A stretch of 64,000 bases of DNA from an uncultured Actinomycetota bacterium (GCA_963758515.1 CAVWVO010000001.1:529110-593109), one strand, 5' to 3'; shown: positions 18,879-29,385, counted from the stretch's first letter. Program-made: numbers and translations. The notes: generated from the sequence alone by a model not told the origin.

Positions 18879-20636
18879 ATGGACGGCTCTTCGATCGCCC
18901 CCGACGTGCCGGAGGGCACTGGCGAAGGCGGCTATCCCTCACTGGCTCTTTTCTCGCCCGACCTCAACACGGTGGCCACGAAGGAGGGCGTGCTGCGCTA
19001 CGTCTCCCCGGCCTGCTATGACCTGTTCGGCTGGAAGCCGGACGAGCTAGAAGGTCGGACAGAGGACGAGTTCATCCACCCGGACGATCTGGCGGCGCTC
19101 CGTGATTGCCGTGAGGCCCTCGAGTCGGCCGAAGTGGCGACGGTGAGCTACCGGTTCATCTGCCAGGACGGCTCGAGCCGCTGGACCGAGGCGACGTCTC
19201 GACGGGTCGATGAGAACGGTGAGCTGCTGGTCGTCTCGGCCATCCGTGACGTCACGAACCGGCAGATGCACATCGCCCGGCTGGAGCATCAGGCGTTCTC
19301 CGATCCACTCACCGGAGTGGCCAACCGAACGGTGCTGCTGGACCGGCTGCGTCACGGTCTCCGCCGGCTGGGCCGTTCGTCGGGGGTCCTCGCCGTGCTC
19401 TATCTCGATCTCGACAGGTTCAAGGTAGTGAACGACTCGCTCGGGCTCCGTGTCGGGGACTCGGTTCTCCTGCAGATGGCGGAGCGTCTCGTCCAGCACC
19501 TTCGCCCGGCGGACACGCTCGGGCGCCTCGGGGGCGACGAGTTCGTGATCGTCGCCGATGCCCTCGTCGACGAACAGTCGGCTATCGGCATGGCCAAGCG
19601 GATCGCAGCCGCCGGGCGGCAGCCATTTCACGTGGGCGGCGAGGACCTCGTCTGCACGATGAGCATCGGCGTCGCATGCACGAAGGACTCCGAACGGAGC
19701 GCTGACGACCTGCTCGGCGAAGCCGACCTCGCCCTCCACAGGGCGAAGGAGCGGGGCCGTGACCGGGTGGAGGCTTTCGACGAACAGCTTCGTACGAAAG
19801 CCGTCGGGCGCCTCGTCACCGAGAGGATGCTGCGGCGGGCTCTCGAAGAGCAGCGCCTCGTCGTCGAGTACCAGCCCATCGTGGACCTCCGCTCCCGCCG
19901 TCTCGTCGGCGCCGAAGCCCTCATGCGCATCATGGACCCCGATCGCGGGCTTCTCCTACCGGATTCGTTCATCGGGGTGGCTGAAGAGACGGGTCTCCTC
20001 ATCGAGATGGACGAAGAGGTCTTGAATGACGCGGTGAGACAGGCAAGCAGGTGGCACAGCCGCATGCCCGGGAGCGACTTCACCGAAGTGGCGATAAACG
20101 TCACCGCCCGGCATCTCGCAGACTCGGGGTTCCATCGGGGCGTCATAGACCAGCTCGACGCCCATGAGGTGCCTCACGGCAACCTGCAGGTCGAAGTGAC
20201 CGAACGCGTCCTCCTCGAAGCCTCCAACTCCTCGATGACAGGCCTCTGGGCACTCCGGGAGGCCGGCGTCAAGATCGGCCTCGACGACTTCGGAACCGGC
20301 TACTCGTCACTCGCCTACCTGCACCAATTCCCACTCGACTTCGTGAAGATCGACAAGTCGTTCATCCACGGGCTCAACTGGGTCAACGGCGCCGGCAGGA
20401 GCGGGCGCGCCATCGTCGCTGCCATAATCGACCTCTCGCACGCCCTCGAGCTGACGGTGGTCGCGGAGGGCGTCGAGACCGAGGAGCAGCTTCGGATACT
20501 CGAGGCTCTCGACTGCGACCGCGGGCAAGGCTTTCTCTTTTCGCCCTCCGCCCCGCCCGCGTTGCTCGACGGGCTTGTCACCGCAGGACTGCAGCATGAC
20601 GGCGCTGTCCTGACCTCTGGCGCGGCGGCCTCGTAG
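18879..20636 (+). CDS. PAS-GGDEF-EAL c-di-GMP signalling protein
   Basis: Intact 585-aa ORF with an N-terminal PAS-like segment. GGDEF is present (LGRLGGDEFVIVA). The EAL region shows GAEALMRI and DDFGTGYSSLAYL. Confidence 0.9.
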   Translation: MDGSSIAPDVPEGTGEGGYPSLALFSPDLNTVATKEGVLRYVSPACYDLFGWKPDELEGRTEDEFIHPDDLAALRDCREALESAEVATVSYRFICQDGSSRWTEATSRRVDENGELLVVSAIRDVTNRQMHIARLEHQAFSDPLTGVANRTVLLDRLRHGLRRLGRSSGVLAVLYLDLDRFKVVNDSLGLRVGDSVLLQMAERLVQHLRPADTLGRLGGDEFVIVADALVDEQSAIGMAKRIAAAGRQPFHVGGEDLVCTMSIGVACTKDSERSADDLLGEADLALHRAKERGRDRVEAFDEQLRTKAVGRLVTERMLRRALEEQRLVVEYQPIVDLRSRRLVGAEALMRIMDPDRGLLLPDSFIGVAEETGLLIEMDEEVLNDAVRQASRWHSRMPGSDFTEVAINVTARHLADSGFHRGVIDQLDAHEVPHGNLQVEVTERVLLEASNSSMTGLWALREAGVKIGLDDFGTGYSSLAYLHQFPLDFVKIDKSFIHGLNWVNGAGRSGRAIVAAIIDLSHALELTVVAEGVETEEQLRILEALDCDRGQGFLFSPSAPPALLDGLVTAGLQHDGAVLTSGAAAS

Positions 20637-20693
20637 GCAGAGCTGTGCCGAAAGGATTCTTGCAACAACGCCGCTGACGTTTACTCTGTCGGC

Positions 20694-20957
20694 ATGACCG
20701 GACGCAATGTCATCGCAGTGATCCTCATCGTGATAGCCGTGCTGGCGATTGCGGCGGGTGTCGTATACCTGATCGAACCCATCCATTCGCTGCCATCGTT
20801 CTTCCCCGGCCACACGAAGGGAACCGGTGGGCATCTTGACGAGAAACACACCAAGCGGGGTCTGGCGGCACTTGCCTTCGGCGTCGTCTGCCTCGTCGTG
20901 GGGATTGTGTTGACCCTTTCTGGCAGGAGGGAAAGAGCGGCGTCGTACCGCTATTAG
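20694..20957 (+). CDS. small two-TM membrane protein, hypothetical
   Basis: 87-aa ORF with two hydrophobic helices (VIAVILIVIAVLAIAAGVVYL and LAALAFGVVCLVVGIVLTL). Confidence 0.45.
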   Translation: MTGRNVIAVILIVIAVLAIAAGVVYLIEPIHSLPSFFPGHTKGTGGHLDEKHTKRGLAALAFGVVCLVVGIVLTLSGRRERAASYRY

Positions 20958-20976
20958 CGCCGGACGCCGGGCGCAG

Positions 20977-22502
20977 GTGACGATCACGACCGAGGGCGCG
21001 ATCGAGCAGTTGCGGAAGATCGTCGGGCCGTCACACCTACTGACCGACGAAGCCGTCACCGCCTCGTACGAGTCCGACTGGACGGGTCGTTTCGGAGGAC
21101 GCTGCCTCGCGGTCGCCCGACCTGGGAGCACCCGAGAGGTGGCCGCCCTCCTCTCGTGCTGCCGTGATGCCGGCATCGCGGTGATTCCACAGGGCGGCAA
21201 CACCGGCCTCGTCGGCGGTTCGGTGCCTCGTGGCGGTCCCACCCGGCGCCGGTGCGGGAGGGCGACCCCGTTCCCCGGGCTGACCGAGCCCGGACGGCCG
21301 ATCCGGAAGCGACGCCGACCGTTGCTGCGCCCGTCGTGCTCTCGACTCGCCGGCTCGAGGGGATCACCCGCTGCGATGCCACGTCCGGCCTGCTGGAAGC
21401 CGGAGCCGGCACCACCCTCGCGAGCGCACAACGCGCCGCCGGAGCGATCGGCTACGAGCTCGGCATCGACCTCGCTGCCCGGGAGTCGGCGACCCTCGGC
21501 GGAATGGTCGCCACGAATGCGGGCGGCATCCATGTCCTGCGTCACGGGTCGATGCGGGCGCGCGTCGCCGGCCTCGAGGCGGTCCTCGCCGACGGCTCGG
21601 TCGTACGCCGGATGGACGGGCTGTGGAAGGACAACGTCGGCTGGGACCTCGTCTCACTTCTCGCCGGCAGCGAAGGCACCCTCGCAGTGCTGACCGCAGT
21701 CGCGATGCGTCTCGTCGACCGCCCTCTCCACCGGGTGACGGCGCTCGTCGCGATCCGCGCCGGTGGGTCGTCGACGGATCTCGGCACCGGGAGCCGTCAC
21801 GGCGACGGCGCTCGAGGTGGCAGCGGCTCTCCGGCGCCGGGTGGACGGCCTCGAGGCGGTCGAGATCACCTACCCGGCCGGCATGGAGCTCGTCGCCGGC
21901 CATGCCGGTCTGCCAGATCCGCCTTCTTCGCGCTCAGCTGACGCCTGGTTGACGATCGAGGCCGCCGGCGCCTCGGACCCGGCGCCGGCGCTGGCTGCTG
22001 CACTCGCCGACCAGCCCGACGTCCTTGGTGCCGCCGTGGCCACCGATCCCGGGCGGCGTGAGCGGTTGTGGGCCTACCGGGAACGCCACGCCGAGGCGAT
22101 AGCCACACTCGGCATTCCTCACAAGCTCGACGTCTCCCTCCCCCTCAACCGCCTGGCGGAGTTCGCCGAGGTTGTCGAGGCGGTGGTAGTGCAGTGCTCG
22201 CCGGCGGCAACGGACGATCTGCTTCGGCCATGTGGGCGACGGCAACCTGCACGTGAACGTCCTCGGGCCGCCCGCCGGCGACCAATCGGTCGACGAGGCC
22301 GTGCTTGCCCTCACCCTCCAGCTCGGAGGCTCTATCAGTGCCGAGCACGGGATCGGGGTGGCCAAGGTGGGCCTCGTGACCCGGGCCCGTTCGCAGCGCC
22401 GAGATCGCCGTCATGAGGGCCGTCAAGAAGGCCCTCGATCCGGCCGGCATCTTGAACCCCGGCGTGCTCATCCCGCCCGGCGGCTGCCCGGGCGCGCCCT
22501 AG
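20977..22502 (+). pseudogene. FAD-binding oxidase (GlcD / D-lactate dehydrogenase-like), at least 4 frame breaks (about 21245, 21760, 22200, 22385)
   Basis: Segments in alternating frames: ...VARPGSTREVAALLSCCRDAGIAVIPQGGNTGLVGGSVP | ...LGGMVATNAGGIHVLRHGSMRARVAGLEAVLADGS...GWDLVSLLAGSEGTLAVLT | ...LWAYRERHAEAI... | GDGNLHVNVLGP...GGSISAEHGIGVAK | ...MRAVKKALDPAGILNPGVL. Confidence 0.8.
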
Positions 22503-23451
22503 GCGAAGCTGGCGGTGATCTCGTCGATCCGGCGCAGCTCGTCCGGGCTCGGCTCCCACTCACCGGCGCGGGCGTTCGACCTCACCTGCTCGACCGAGGT
22601 GGCGCCGGCGATGACCGATCCGACGGCGGGCTTGGCGGCGAGGCCGCCGATGGCGACCGAGAGCAGGTCGACGCCGGCCTCCGCCGCGAAGGACCGCAGG
22701 GCCTCGACGGCCTCGAAAGCCGCCTTGGTGGCATTGTCCCGTCGCCCACCCATCCGCCAGCCGGCTGCCCGCCGGTGGCGGCTCGCCGTGGCGCCATTTG
22801 CCGGTCAGGAGGCCGTTCGCGAGCGGGAAGTACGGGATGACGCCGACCTCGTGGGCGAGGCAGGCCGGAACGAGCTCCCGTTCCACGCCGCGCTCGAGGA
22901 GCGAGTAGTGGTTCTGTGCCGAGACGAAGCGGGTGATCGCCTTCGTCGACGACACCCAATCCGCTTCGACGACCTGCCATGGCGCCAGGTTGGACGAGCC
23001 GGCGTAGCGCACCTTGCCCGTCGTGAACGAGATCGTCGAGCGCCTCGAGCGTCTCGGAGAGCGGCGTGAGCCCGTCTGGACGGTGGAGCTGGTACAAGTC
23101 GATCCAGTCGGTGCGAAGCCGCCGCAAGGACGCCTCCACCGCCCGGACGATGTAACGCCTGCTTGCCCGCGCTCCCCAGTCCGGGCCGTTCGAGCCGCCC
23201 ATGTCGGAGCCGAACTTCGTGGCGAGCACGACCGAGTCGCGGCGCTTCTCGAGGATGGCGCCGAGCACCTCCTCAGAGCCGCCCATGCTGCCGTAGCTGT
23301 CGGAGGTGTCGATGAGGTTGATCCCGGCGTCGAGCGCCGCCTCGACGACCGGGCGCGACCTCTCGAGGTCGAGCCGACCGCCGAAGTTGTTCGCGCCGAG
23401 GCCGACGACCGAGACCGTGAGGCCGGAACGGCCGAGCTGGCGATATCGCAT
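22499..23451 (-). pseudogene. aldo/keto reductase, two frame breaks (about 23010 and 22750)
   Basis: MRYRQLGRSGLTVSVVGLGANNFG...INLIDTSDSYG...IDLYQLHRPD is in one frame. GKVRYAGSSNLAPWQV...IPYFPLANGLLTGK is in a second. The C-terminus ...SVIAGATSVEQVRSNA... is in a third. Confidence 0.85.
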
Positions 23452-23641
23452 GCCGGAGGGTACCGGCGCGTCCCGTCCGGACGTCCCCGGACACGAGCGC
23501 CGCCTGAAGCACGCCCGCCCGCTGCCTCTGCCCCGGCGAGGACGAAGGGCGTAACGCGGCCGCCGGCGGGGGGACTGAGCTTCGCGCAATCCCTGCAGGG
23601 CCAAAGTGCGTAAGACTCTGGTGAAGGGAGTCGGAGATCCG

Positions 23642-24406
23642 ATGAGCAAAAAGAGCGCACGGCACGGCGAGGGCGGCCCCCGCCAGATCGAACCGCTCGC
23701 TCCGAGCGGCCGGGTCTCGAGCCGAGCCGGCGACGTGACTCATGTCGGGCGCCGAACCCTCCTCGGGCTCGGCGCCCTCGGCGTCGGAGGGATCGCCTTT
23801 GGAGCCAAGTTCGAATCGGTCGCCGGCGGAGCGCTCACCCACGTCAGCAACGCCTTTGGGGGTCTCGGCGCCCTCGTTCCGGGAGCCGACGAGTTTCGCA
23901 TCTACACCGTCACCGGCTCGATCCCGATGATCTCGCCCGACGCCTACCGGCTCCAGGTGGGCGGCCTCGTCGAGCGGCCCGTCACGTTCTCCCTCGAGGA
24001 TCTGCGGGCGATGCCCCGCACGAGGCTCGTGCACTACTTCCAGTGCGTCACCGGCTGGCGGGTGCCGAACGTCCACTGGGAGGGCGTCCGCCTCTCCGTC
24101 GTGTTGGACCGCGCCGGCGTCCGCGGCGGCGCGACGGCGCTGCGGATGTTCTCGGGCGACGGCGTCTACACGGAGAGCCTCACCCTCCCCCAGGCCCGCC
24201 TGTCCGACGTCATCGTCGCCGACAGGATGATCGGCAACGACGTCACGCCCGAGCACGGCGGACCGGTCCGCCTCTACGTCCCGCCGATGTACGGCTACAA
24301 GTCGATCAAGTGGCTCGACCGTATCGAGCTGCTCGACCACGTCGTGCCCGGCTACTGGGAGAATTACGGCTACGCGGTCAACGGATGGATCGGCGGGTCG
24401 CAGTGA
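23642..24406 (+). CDS. molybdopterin-dependent oxidoreductase (sulfite oxidase / MsrP-YedY-like catalytic subunit) with a Tat-like signal
   Basis: GRRTLLGLGALGVGG is a twin-arginine-like leader. The core contains ...HYFQCVTGWRVPNVHWEGVRL... and ...GGPVRLYVPPMYGYKSIKWL, typical of the Oxidored_molyb fold. Confidence 0.8.
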   Translation: MSKKSARHGEGGPRQIEPLAPSGRVSSRAGDVTHVGRRTLLGLGALGVGGIAFGAKFESVAGGALTHVSNAFGGLGALVPGADEFRIYTVTGSIPMISPDAYRLQVGGLVERPVTFSLEDLRAMPRTRLVHYFQCVTGWRVPNVHWEGVRLSVVLDRAGVRGGATALRMFSGDGVYTESLTLPQARLSDVIVADRMIGNDVTPEHGGPVRLYVPPMYGYKSIKWLDRIELLDHVVPGYWENYGYAVNGWIGGSQ

Positions 24407-25152
24407 CGTCCGGCACGGCCGCTCGGAGGGCGCCGGCGGACGCCGCGAGCTTTCGAGCAGGCGCCGGCCGGTCAACCGGCGGCCGCCTGACGAGGGAGCT
24501 CGCCCGCTTCGACGGCGTCGAGCGCGCCGTCCACTGGTCGACGGCGGTCCTCATGCTCGTCCTTCTCTTCACCGGGTCGGTCCTCTACGTCCCGACGCTC
24601 GCCCTCCTCGTCGGCCACCGCGCCATCGTCGAGAACGTCCACGTCGTCTCAGGACTCGCTCTCCTCGTCCCGTTGCTCATCGGCGTCCTCGGGCCATGGC
24701 GCAGGCGCCTCGTGGCCGACCTCCGCCGCTTCGACAGGTGGGGGCGGGAGGACTTCGACTGGTTCCGCCGCCCGTCGAGGCGGCTCGACCTGCCGCGGGG
24801 GAAATTCAACGGCGGCCAGAAGGCAGAGGCCGCCTTCCTCGGCGGCGGGATGGTCGTCATGCTGGCGACCGGAGTCATCATGCGCTTCGCCCCGTCGCGG
24901 CTCGTCACCCTCGCCACGGGGGCCACCCTCGTGCACGACGTCGGCTACATCGCCATCTTCGTCGCCGTCGCGCTCCACATCTTCGTCGCCCTCGGCCGGA
25001 CCGAGCAGCTGAAGTCGATGTTCACCGGCAGGATCACCCGCGCCTGGGCGAGCCGCAACGCCCAGCTCTGGCTGGAGGAGATGGAAGCAGACACCCTTCC
25101 GGACGCGAGCGAGCATCTCGGCCAGGGCGGGGCGGCCTCAGCGGCCGACTGA
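24403..25152 (+). CDS. cytochrome b561 / FdnI-like membrane di-haem subunit
   Basis: The GTG overlaps the upstream TGA (GTGA at 24403-24406). ERAVHWSTAVLMLVLLFTG is followed by four hydrophobic helices with conserved His residues (HRAIVENVHVVSG, LVHDVGYIAIFVAVALHIF). Confidence 0.7.
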   Translation: MTSGTAARRAPADAASFRAGAGRSTGGRLTRELARFDGVERAVHWSTAVLMLVLLFTGSVLYVPTLALLVGHRAIVENVHVVSGLALLVPLLIGVLGPWRRRLVADLRRFDRWGREDFDWFRRPSRRLDLPRGKFNGGQKAEAAFLGGGMVVMLATGVIMRFAPSRLVTLATGATLVHDVGYIAIFVAVALHIFVALGRTEQLKSMFTGRITRAWASRNAQLWLEEMEADTLPDASEHLGQGGAASAAD

Positions 25153-25164
25153 CGCGCTCGCCCC

Positions 25165-26343
25165 TCAGGCAAGGCCCAGCTCCTCCTCCACCTCGGCGGT
25201 GTGCTCGCCGAGGTGGGGCGGTGCGTGCCGGTAGGTGACGGGCGTCCTCGAGAAACCCATCGGATCCCGCACCTGAGCCTCCTCGCCTGGCTTGCCGGCA
25301 GCGCCGGGAGAGACCTCGCCGTCCCGCGTCAAGGCCACGACAGGGTCGAGCCCGAGACGGTCGGCGAGGGCGAACGCCTCGCCGATGTCGTTCACCACGC
25401 CCGACGGGATGCCAACGGCCTGCAGCAGCTCGATCCACTCGGCCGCCGGGCGCCGGCCGAGCTCGGTCTCGAGCAGCTCGACCATCTGGTCCCTGTGGGC
25501 GACGCGGCCGGCGTTCTTCGCGAAGCGCTCGTCGGCCGCCATCCACGGGGCGCCGACGACGGCAGCGAACGAGGCGAACTGGGCGTCGTTGCCGACGGCG
25601 ACGACAAGGGGACGGTCGGCCGCCTGCAAGGTCTCGTATGGTGCGATGCTCGGGTGGCGGTTCCCCATCGCGCCGGGGATCGCCCCGGTCGTGAGGTAGG
25701 TCGAGGCCTGGTTGATGAGCGACGCCAAGAGGCACGAGAGGAGGTCGACCTCTACGTGCTGCCCGCGGCCGGACTTCGACCGTTCGAGGAGAGCAGACAG
25801 GATGGCGGTCGTCCCGTAGAGAGCGGTCAGGACGTCGACAACGGCGACTCCCACCTTGCGCGGCTCGCCGCCGGCGTCCCCGGTGATCGACATGAGGCCG
25901 CCGACGCCCTGGACGAGGAAGTCGTAGCCGGCAAGGGCGGCGCCCGCTCCGCTCGTACCGAAGCCCGAGACCGAGCAGTAGACCACCCGCGGATTGGTGG
26001 CCGACACGGCCGGGTAGCCGATCCCGAGACGATCGGCGGTGCCCGCCTTGAAGTTCTCGATGACGACGTCGGCGCCCTTCGCGAGCCGCAGTGCCTTCGC
26101 CCGGCCCTCTCCTGTGGTGAGATCCCACGCCACTGAGCGCTTGTTCCGGTTTATCGAGAGGTAGTACGAGCTCTCCCCGCCGACAAAGGGTGGTCCGAAG
26201 CCTCTCGTGTCGTCACCGGCGCCGGGCCGCTCGACCTTTATCACCCTTGCGCCGAGGTCACCGAGCAACATCGTCGCGAACGGCCCGGCAACCACACGGG
26301 AGAAGTCGGCGACCACGATGCCGTCGAGAGGACCTGCCGTCAC
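25165..26343 (-). CDS. CoA transferase family III (CaiB/BaiF-type)
   Basis: PLDGIVVADFSRVVAGPFATMLLGDLGARVIKVERPG..DDTR is the family signature. The GTG start overlaps the pncA stop (GTGA). Confidence 0.85.
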   Translation of the reverse strand: MTAGPLDGIVVADFSRVVAGPFATMLLGDLGARVIKVERPGAGDDTRGFGPPFVGGESSYYLSINRNKRSVAWDLTTGEGRAKALRLAKGADVVIENFKAGTADRLGIGYPAVSATNPRVVYCSVSGFGTSGAGAALAGYDFLVQGVGGLMSITGDAGGEPRKVGVAVVDVLTALYGTTAILSALLERSKSGRGQHVEVDLLSCLLASLINQASTYLTTGAIPGAMGNRHPSIAPYETLQAADRPLVVAVGNDAQFASFAAVVGAPWMAADERFAKNAGRVAHRDQMVELLETELGRRPAAEWIELLQAVGIPSGVVNDIGEAFALADRLGLDPVVALTRDGEVSPGAAGKPGEEAQVRDPMGFSRTPVTYRHAPPHLGEHTAEVEEELGLA

Positions 26344-27028
26344 CGCTCGTCGTGCGCGAAGCGCGCTGCGAGCGACGTCCCGGCGACGTCGTCGCCGGCG
26401 AGCTCGGCGCCCGCCTCGGCCATCGCCTGCAGGGCGTCCTCGGTCGTGGCAGCGCTCACTCCGGCCGTGAGGCCGACGAGGACCCGGGCTGCAAAGCCGG
26501 CGTAGACGGCGTCGAGCACCGTCGAGCGGACGCAATAGTCCGTCGCGAGGCCGCAGATGTCGACGCGGTCGATGCCCCGGTCGAGCAACCACCTGGACAG
26601 CGACAGCCCGCCCGCCTCGCTGCCTTCGAAGGCCGAGTAGGCGGCCTCGTTGGCGCCCTTCTCGAAGACGGCGTCGAAAGGGACCCCTTGCAGGAGGGGG
26701 TGCATCTCGGCGCCATCGCTTCCGGCGACGCAGTGGACGGGCCACGACGTCTCGAAGTCGGGGACTTCGCCGGCCCCGGCAAAGTGGGTGCCCGGGTTGA
26801 CGTGGCAGTCGCGGCTTGCCACGACGGCCCCATAGTCAGCTCTCGATCCGCTCACGAGGGCGGCGATCCGCTCGGCGACGTCATTGCCGCCGTGGATCGG
26901 GAGCGAGCCGCCCTCGCAGAAGTCACGCTGAACGTCGACGACGAGGAGGGCTCGCGTCCCTGACGCGCCGCCCGTCGGAGCCTCTCGGTGCCCGTGGCCG
27001 GCGGCGGCACCCTCCGCCCGGCGGCCAT
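26340..27028 (-). CDS. pncA: nicotinamidase/pyrazinamidase (isochorismatase family); N-terminus unresolved
   Basis: ALLVVDVQRDFCEGGSL...SRDCH...VDICGLATDYCV shows the catalytic D/K/C pattern. There is no in-frame start near ALLVVD. The nearest ATG (27028) is in another frame, so a break near 26955 is suspected. Confidence 0.7.
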
Positions 27029-28497
27029 CGCCTGCAGGCCCGGCACCGTTCGGGAGCGCCTCTCCCGGCGAGGAGGCCGCCCCGCCGGCGCCCGGCGAGC
27101 GGGACGGCGGCAGAGCGCCGCCCGGGCCGGGGCGCCTTCGCGTAACGGGTGGGGATGAGCGGCTCGCCGGCGCGGAGGTCGAAGGCGGCGCTGCCGAGCT
27201 CGCGGACAGCCCACCTGTGGTGTTCCCTCGACTCCTCGAGTGTGGGCACATCGGTCACAAAGATGCCTTTGTGAGCGATCCGGCGCTGAAGCTCGCGAGG
27301 CGCCCATCCCTCTGGCATCTCCTCGGGTGCCGGCGCCGCATCGCTGGCGTCCGCCCCGTCGCCGAGCGCCTGGATGAACTCGACACGGGCGACACCCTCG
27401 TCGTCGATCCATCGCGACGCCAGCTTGCGTGCGCCGAGACTGTGCTTGGCCGGCGAGCGCTTCTCGACAGGGCGCAAGGGGGCAGAAAGCCCGCTCTCGG
27501 AGGCGACGGCGACGAGCTTGTAGACAAAGCCTGCCGTCGGGGCACCCGAACCTGTGACGATCCTCGTGCCGACTCCGTAGGAGTCAGCCGGGGCGTCCGC
27601 GAGCGCCGCGATGGCGTACTCGTCGAGGTCGGAGGTAATGACGATGCGGGTCTCGTTTGCTCCGAGGGAGTCGAGCAGCCGCCGGGCGCGCATGCTCTCG
27701 CCGACGAGGTCCCCTGAGTCGAGCCGGACAGCTCCCGGTCCGCTCGCCCCCCTCTCCTGCGCCAACTCGACAGCTGTACTGATGGCCGCCGGGACGTCGT
27801 AGGTGTCGACGAGGAGCGTCGTGCCGGTCCCCATGGCGGCGAGCTGAGCAGCAAAGGCGCTCCGCTCGTCGCTGTGGGCGAGGATGAAGGCGTGAGAGGC
27901 CGTTCCGGCCGTCGGGATGGCGTAACGCCGGCCAGCCTCGAGATTGGAGGTCGACGAGGCGCCGGCGAGGTAGGCGGCTCGTGCGGCCGCCACTGCCGCC
28001 AGCTCGTGGGTGCGGCGGGAGCCCATCTCGATCACGGGGCGGCCCGCCGCCGCGCCGACCATGCGCGAGGCGGCGCCGGCGACGGCGGAGTCGAAGTTGA
28101 GGACCGCGAGCACGAGGGTCTCGAGCAGCACCGCCTCGCCGAAGGTGGACTCGATCGTGAGCACGGGGCTGCCGGGGAAGTAGCACTCACCCTCCGCATA
28201 GGCGTCAAGGTCGCCCGAGAAGCGGAACGACCGCAGCCACTCTGCGGTCTCCTCCCCCACAACGTCCTCGTCGAGGAGATATGTGATCTCGTCAGGCCCG
28301 AAGCAGAAGGCCTCGATCGCCTCGACGAGCCGCCCGAGGCCGGCGAAGACCCCGTAACGCCGGCCGAGCGGGAGAGACCTGGCGAAGACCTCGAAGACAG
28401 CCCTGCGGCCGGCCGCACCTGATCCGACCGCCGCATCGAGCATCGTCAGCTCGTAGCGATCGGTGAGCAGCGCCGTCGAAAACGGCAGAACAGGCAC
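26923..28497 (-). CDS. pncB: nicotinate phosphoribosyltransferase; conserved core ends near 27140 and the true stop is uncertain
   Basis: MPVLPFSTALLTDRYELTMLDAA...IEMGSRRTH...TASHAFIL...GVGT is NAPRTase-like to about residue 452 (..GEPLIPTRY). About 70 aa of Arg/Pro/Gly-rich tail then overlaps pncA. Confidence 0.85.
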   Translation of the reverse strand: MPVLPFSTALLTDRYELTMLDAAVGSGAAGRRAVFEVFARSLPLGRRYGVFAGLGRLVEAIEAFCFGPDEITYLLDEDVVGEETAEWLRSFRFSGDLDAYAEGECYFPGSPVLTIESTFGEAVLLETLVLAVLNFDSAVAGAASRMVGAAAGRPVIEMGSRRTHELAAVAAARAAYLAGASSTSNLEAGRRYAIPTAGTASHAFILAHSDERSAFAAQLAAMGTGTTLLVDTYDVPAAISTAVELAQERGASGPGAVRLDSGDLVGESMRARRLLDSLGANETRIVITSDLDEYAIAALADAPADSYGVGTRIVTGSGAPTAGFVYKLVAVASESGLSAPLRPVEKRSPAKHSLGARKLASRWIDDEGVARVEFIQALGDGADASDAAPAPEEMPEGWAPRELQRRIAHKGIFVTDVPTLEESREHHRWAVRELGSAAFDLRAGEPLIPTRYAKAPRPGRRSAAVPLAGRRRGGLLAGRGAPERCRACRRWPPGGGCRRRPRAPRGSDGRRVRDASPPRRRRSA

Positions 28498-28542
28498 GTC
28501 TCCACGCTAGGCCACCTTGGTCGGGGCGCACACGCCGGCGGT

Positions 28543-29385
28543 TCAGGGGCACTCGCCGGAGTACCGGGCGAGCTGCCGGCTCGTGGCGACGAGGGTGCCG
28601 TCGGAGCTCCACAACTCGCCCTCCTCGTCGACGTAGCCACCGGCGAGGAGCCGCGTCTCGAAGGAGGCGTGATGCCAATCGGCCCGAACACGGTTCCGCC
28701 AGTGAACCGTCAGCTCGAGGGTGGGAGCGCCAACCTCGTCCGGTCGCATCGTTCGGGCGAAGACGGCCGGCGGCCAGCAGTCGAGGAAGAGCGGGACGCA
28801 GAGGGCGTCTGCCGGCCTGCCGTCGGCGAGCCTCGTCCATCCGCCACCGCGGGCCTCCCCGGGCTTGCTCCGCAGGAAGAAGAGATCCTCCGGTGAGGCG
28901 ATGCGGAGCTCGAGACGGTCCCACAGGCTGACTGAGCCTCCGGCCATCGAGAGCTTCCCGACCGGGCTCGACTCCTCCGGCCCTGCCACTTCTGGCGGGG
29001 AGGGGGCGAAGTCGAGCGGGCCGGCGTCTCTGAGCCGCCCCGTGAGGACGAGCCCTGTCACCCGCGCCTCCTCGGTCCCGTCGCCGCCCTTCTGCACGAG
29101 GTCGAAGGCGAAGGTGGCATGCCCGCGCCCGACCCGCAGCCTCTCCACGCGGACCTCTGCCGGGCCGGGCTCGGGTCGCGACAGGTAGTGGAGCGTCATC
29201 GAGAGCGGGTCGGGAAGGTCGCTCTCCGCGAGGACGCCGCGCAGGCAGACAACGCCTAGATAGCCGCCGTTCATGCCGCCGCCGACATCGAAGCGGGACG
29301 TCAACCGGCCGGCATGGCGTCCCGGCGCCGTCGGTTGAAGCGCCGTGTCGAGGTCGAGCTCGAAAGCGGCGCTCACCGCCGCCAC
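28543..29385 (-). CDS. acyl-CoA thioesterase (TesB-like double hotdog) family protein
   Basis: 280-aa ORF with features resembling thioesterase-II family proteins: GGMNGGYL near the N-terminus and a C-terminal ...EEGELWSSDGTLVATSRQLA. Confidence 0.65.
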   Translation of the reverse strand: MAAVSAAFELDLDTALQPTAPGRHAGRLTSRFDVGGGMNGGYLGVVCLRGVLAESDLPDPLSMTLHYLSRPEPGPAEVRVERLRVGRGHATFAFDLVQKGGDGTEEARVTGLVLTGRLRDAGPLDFAPSPPEVAGPEESSPVGKLSMAGGSVSLWDRLELRIASPEDLFFLRSKPGEARGGGWTRLADGRPADALCVPLFLDCWPPAVFARTMRPDEVGAPTLELTVHWRNRVRADWHHASFETRLLAGGYVDEEGELWSSDGTLVATSRQLARYSGECP

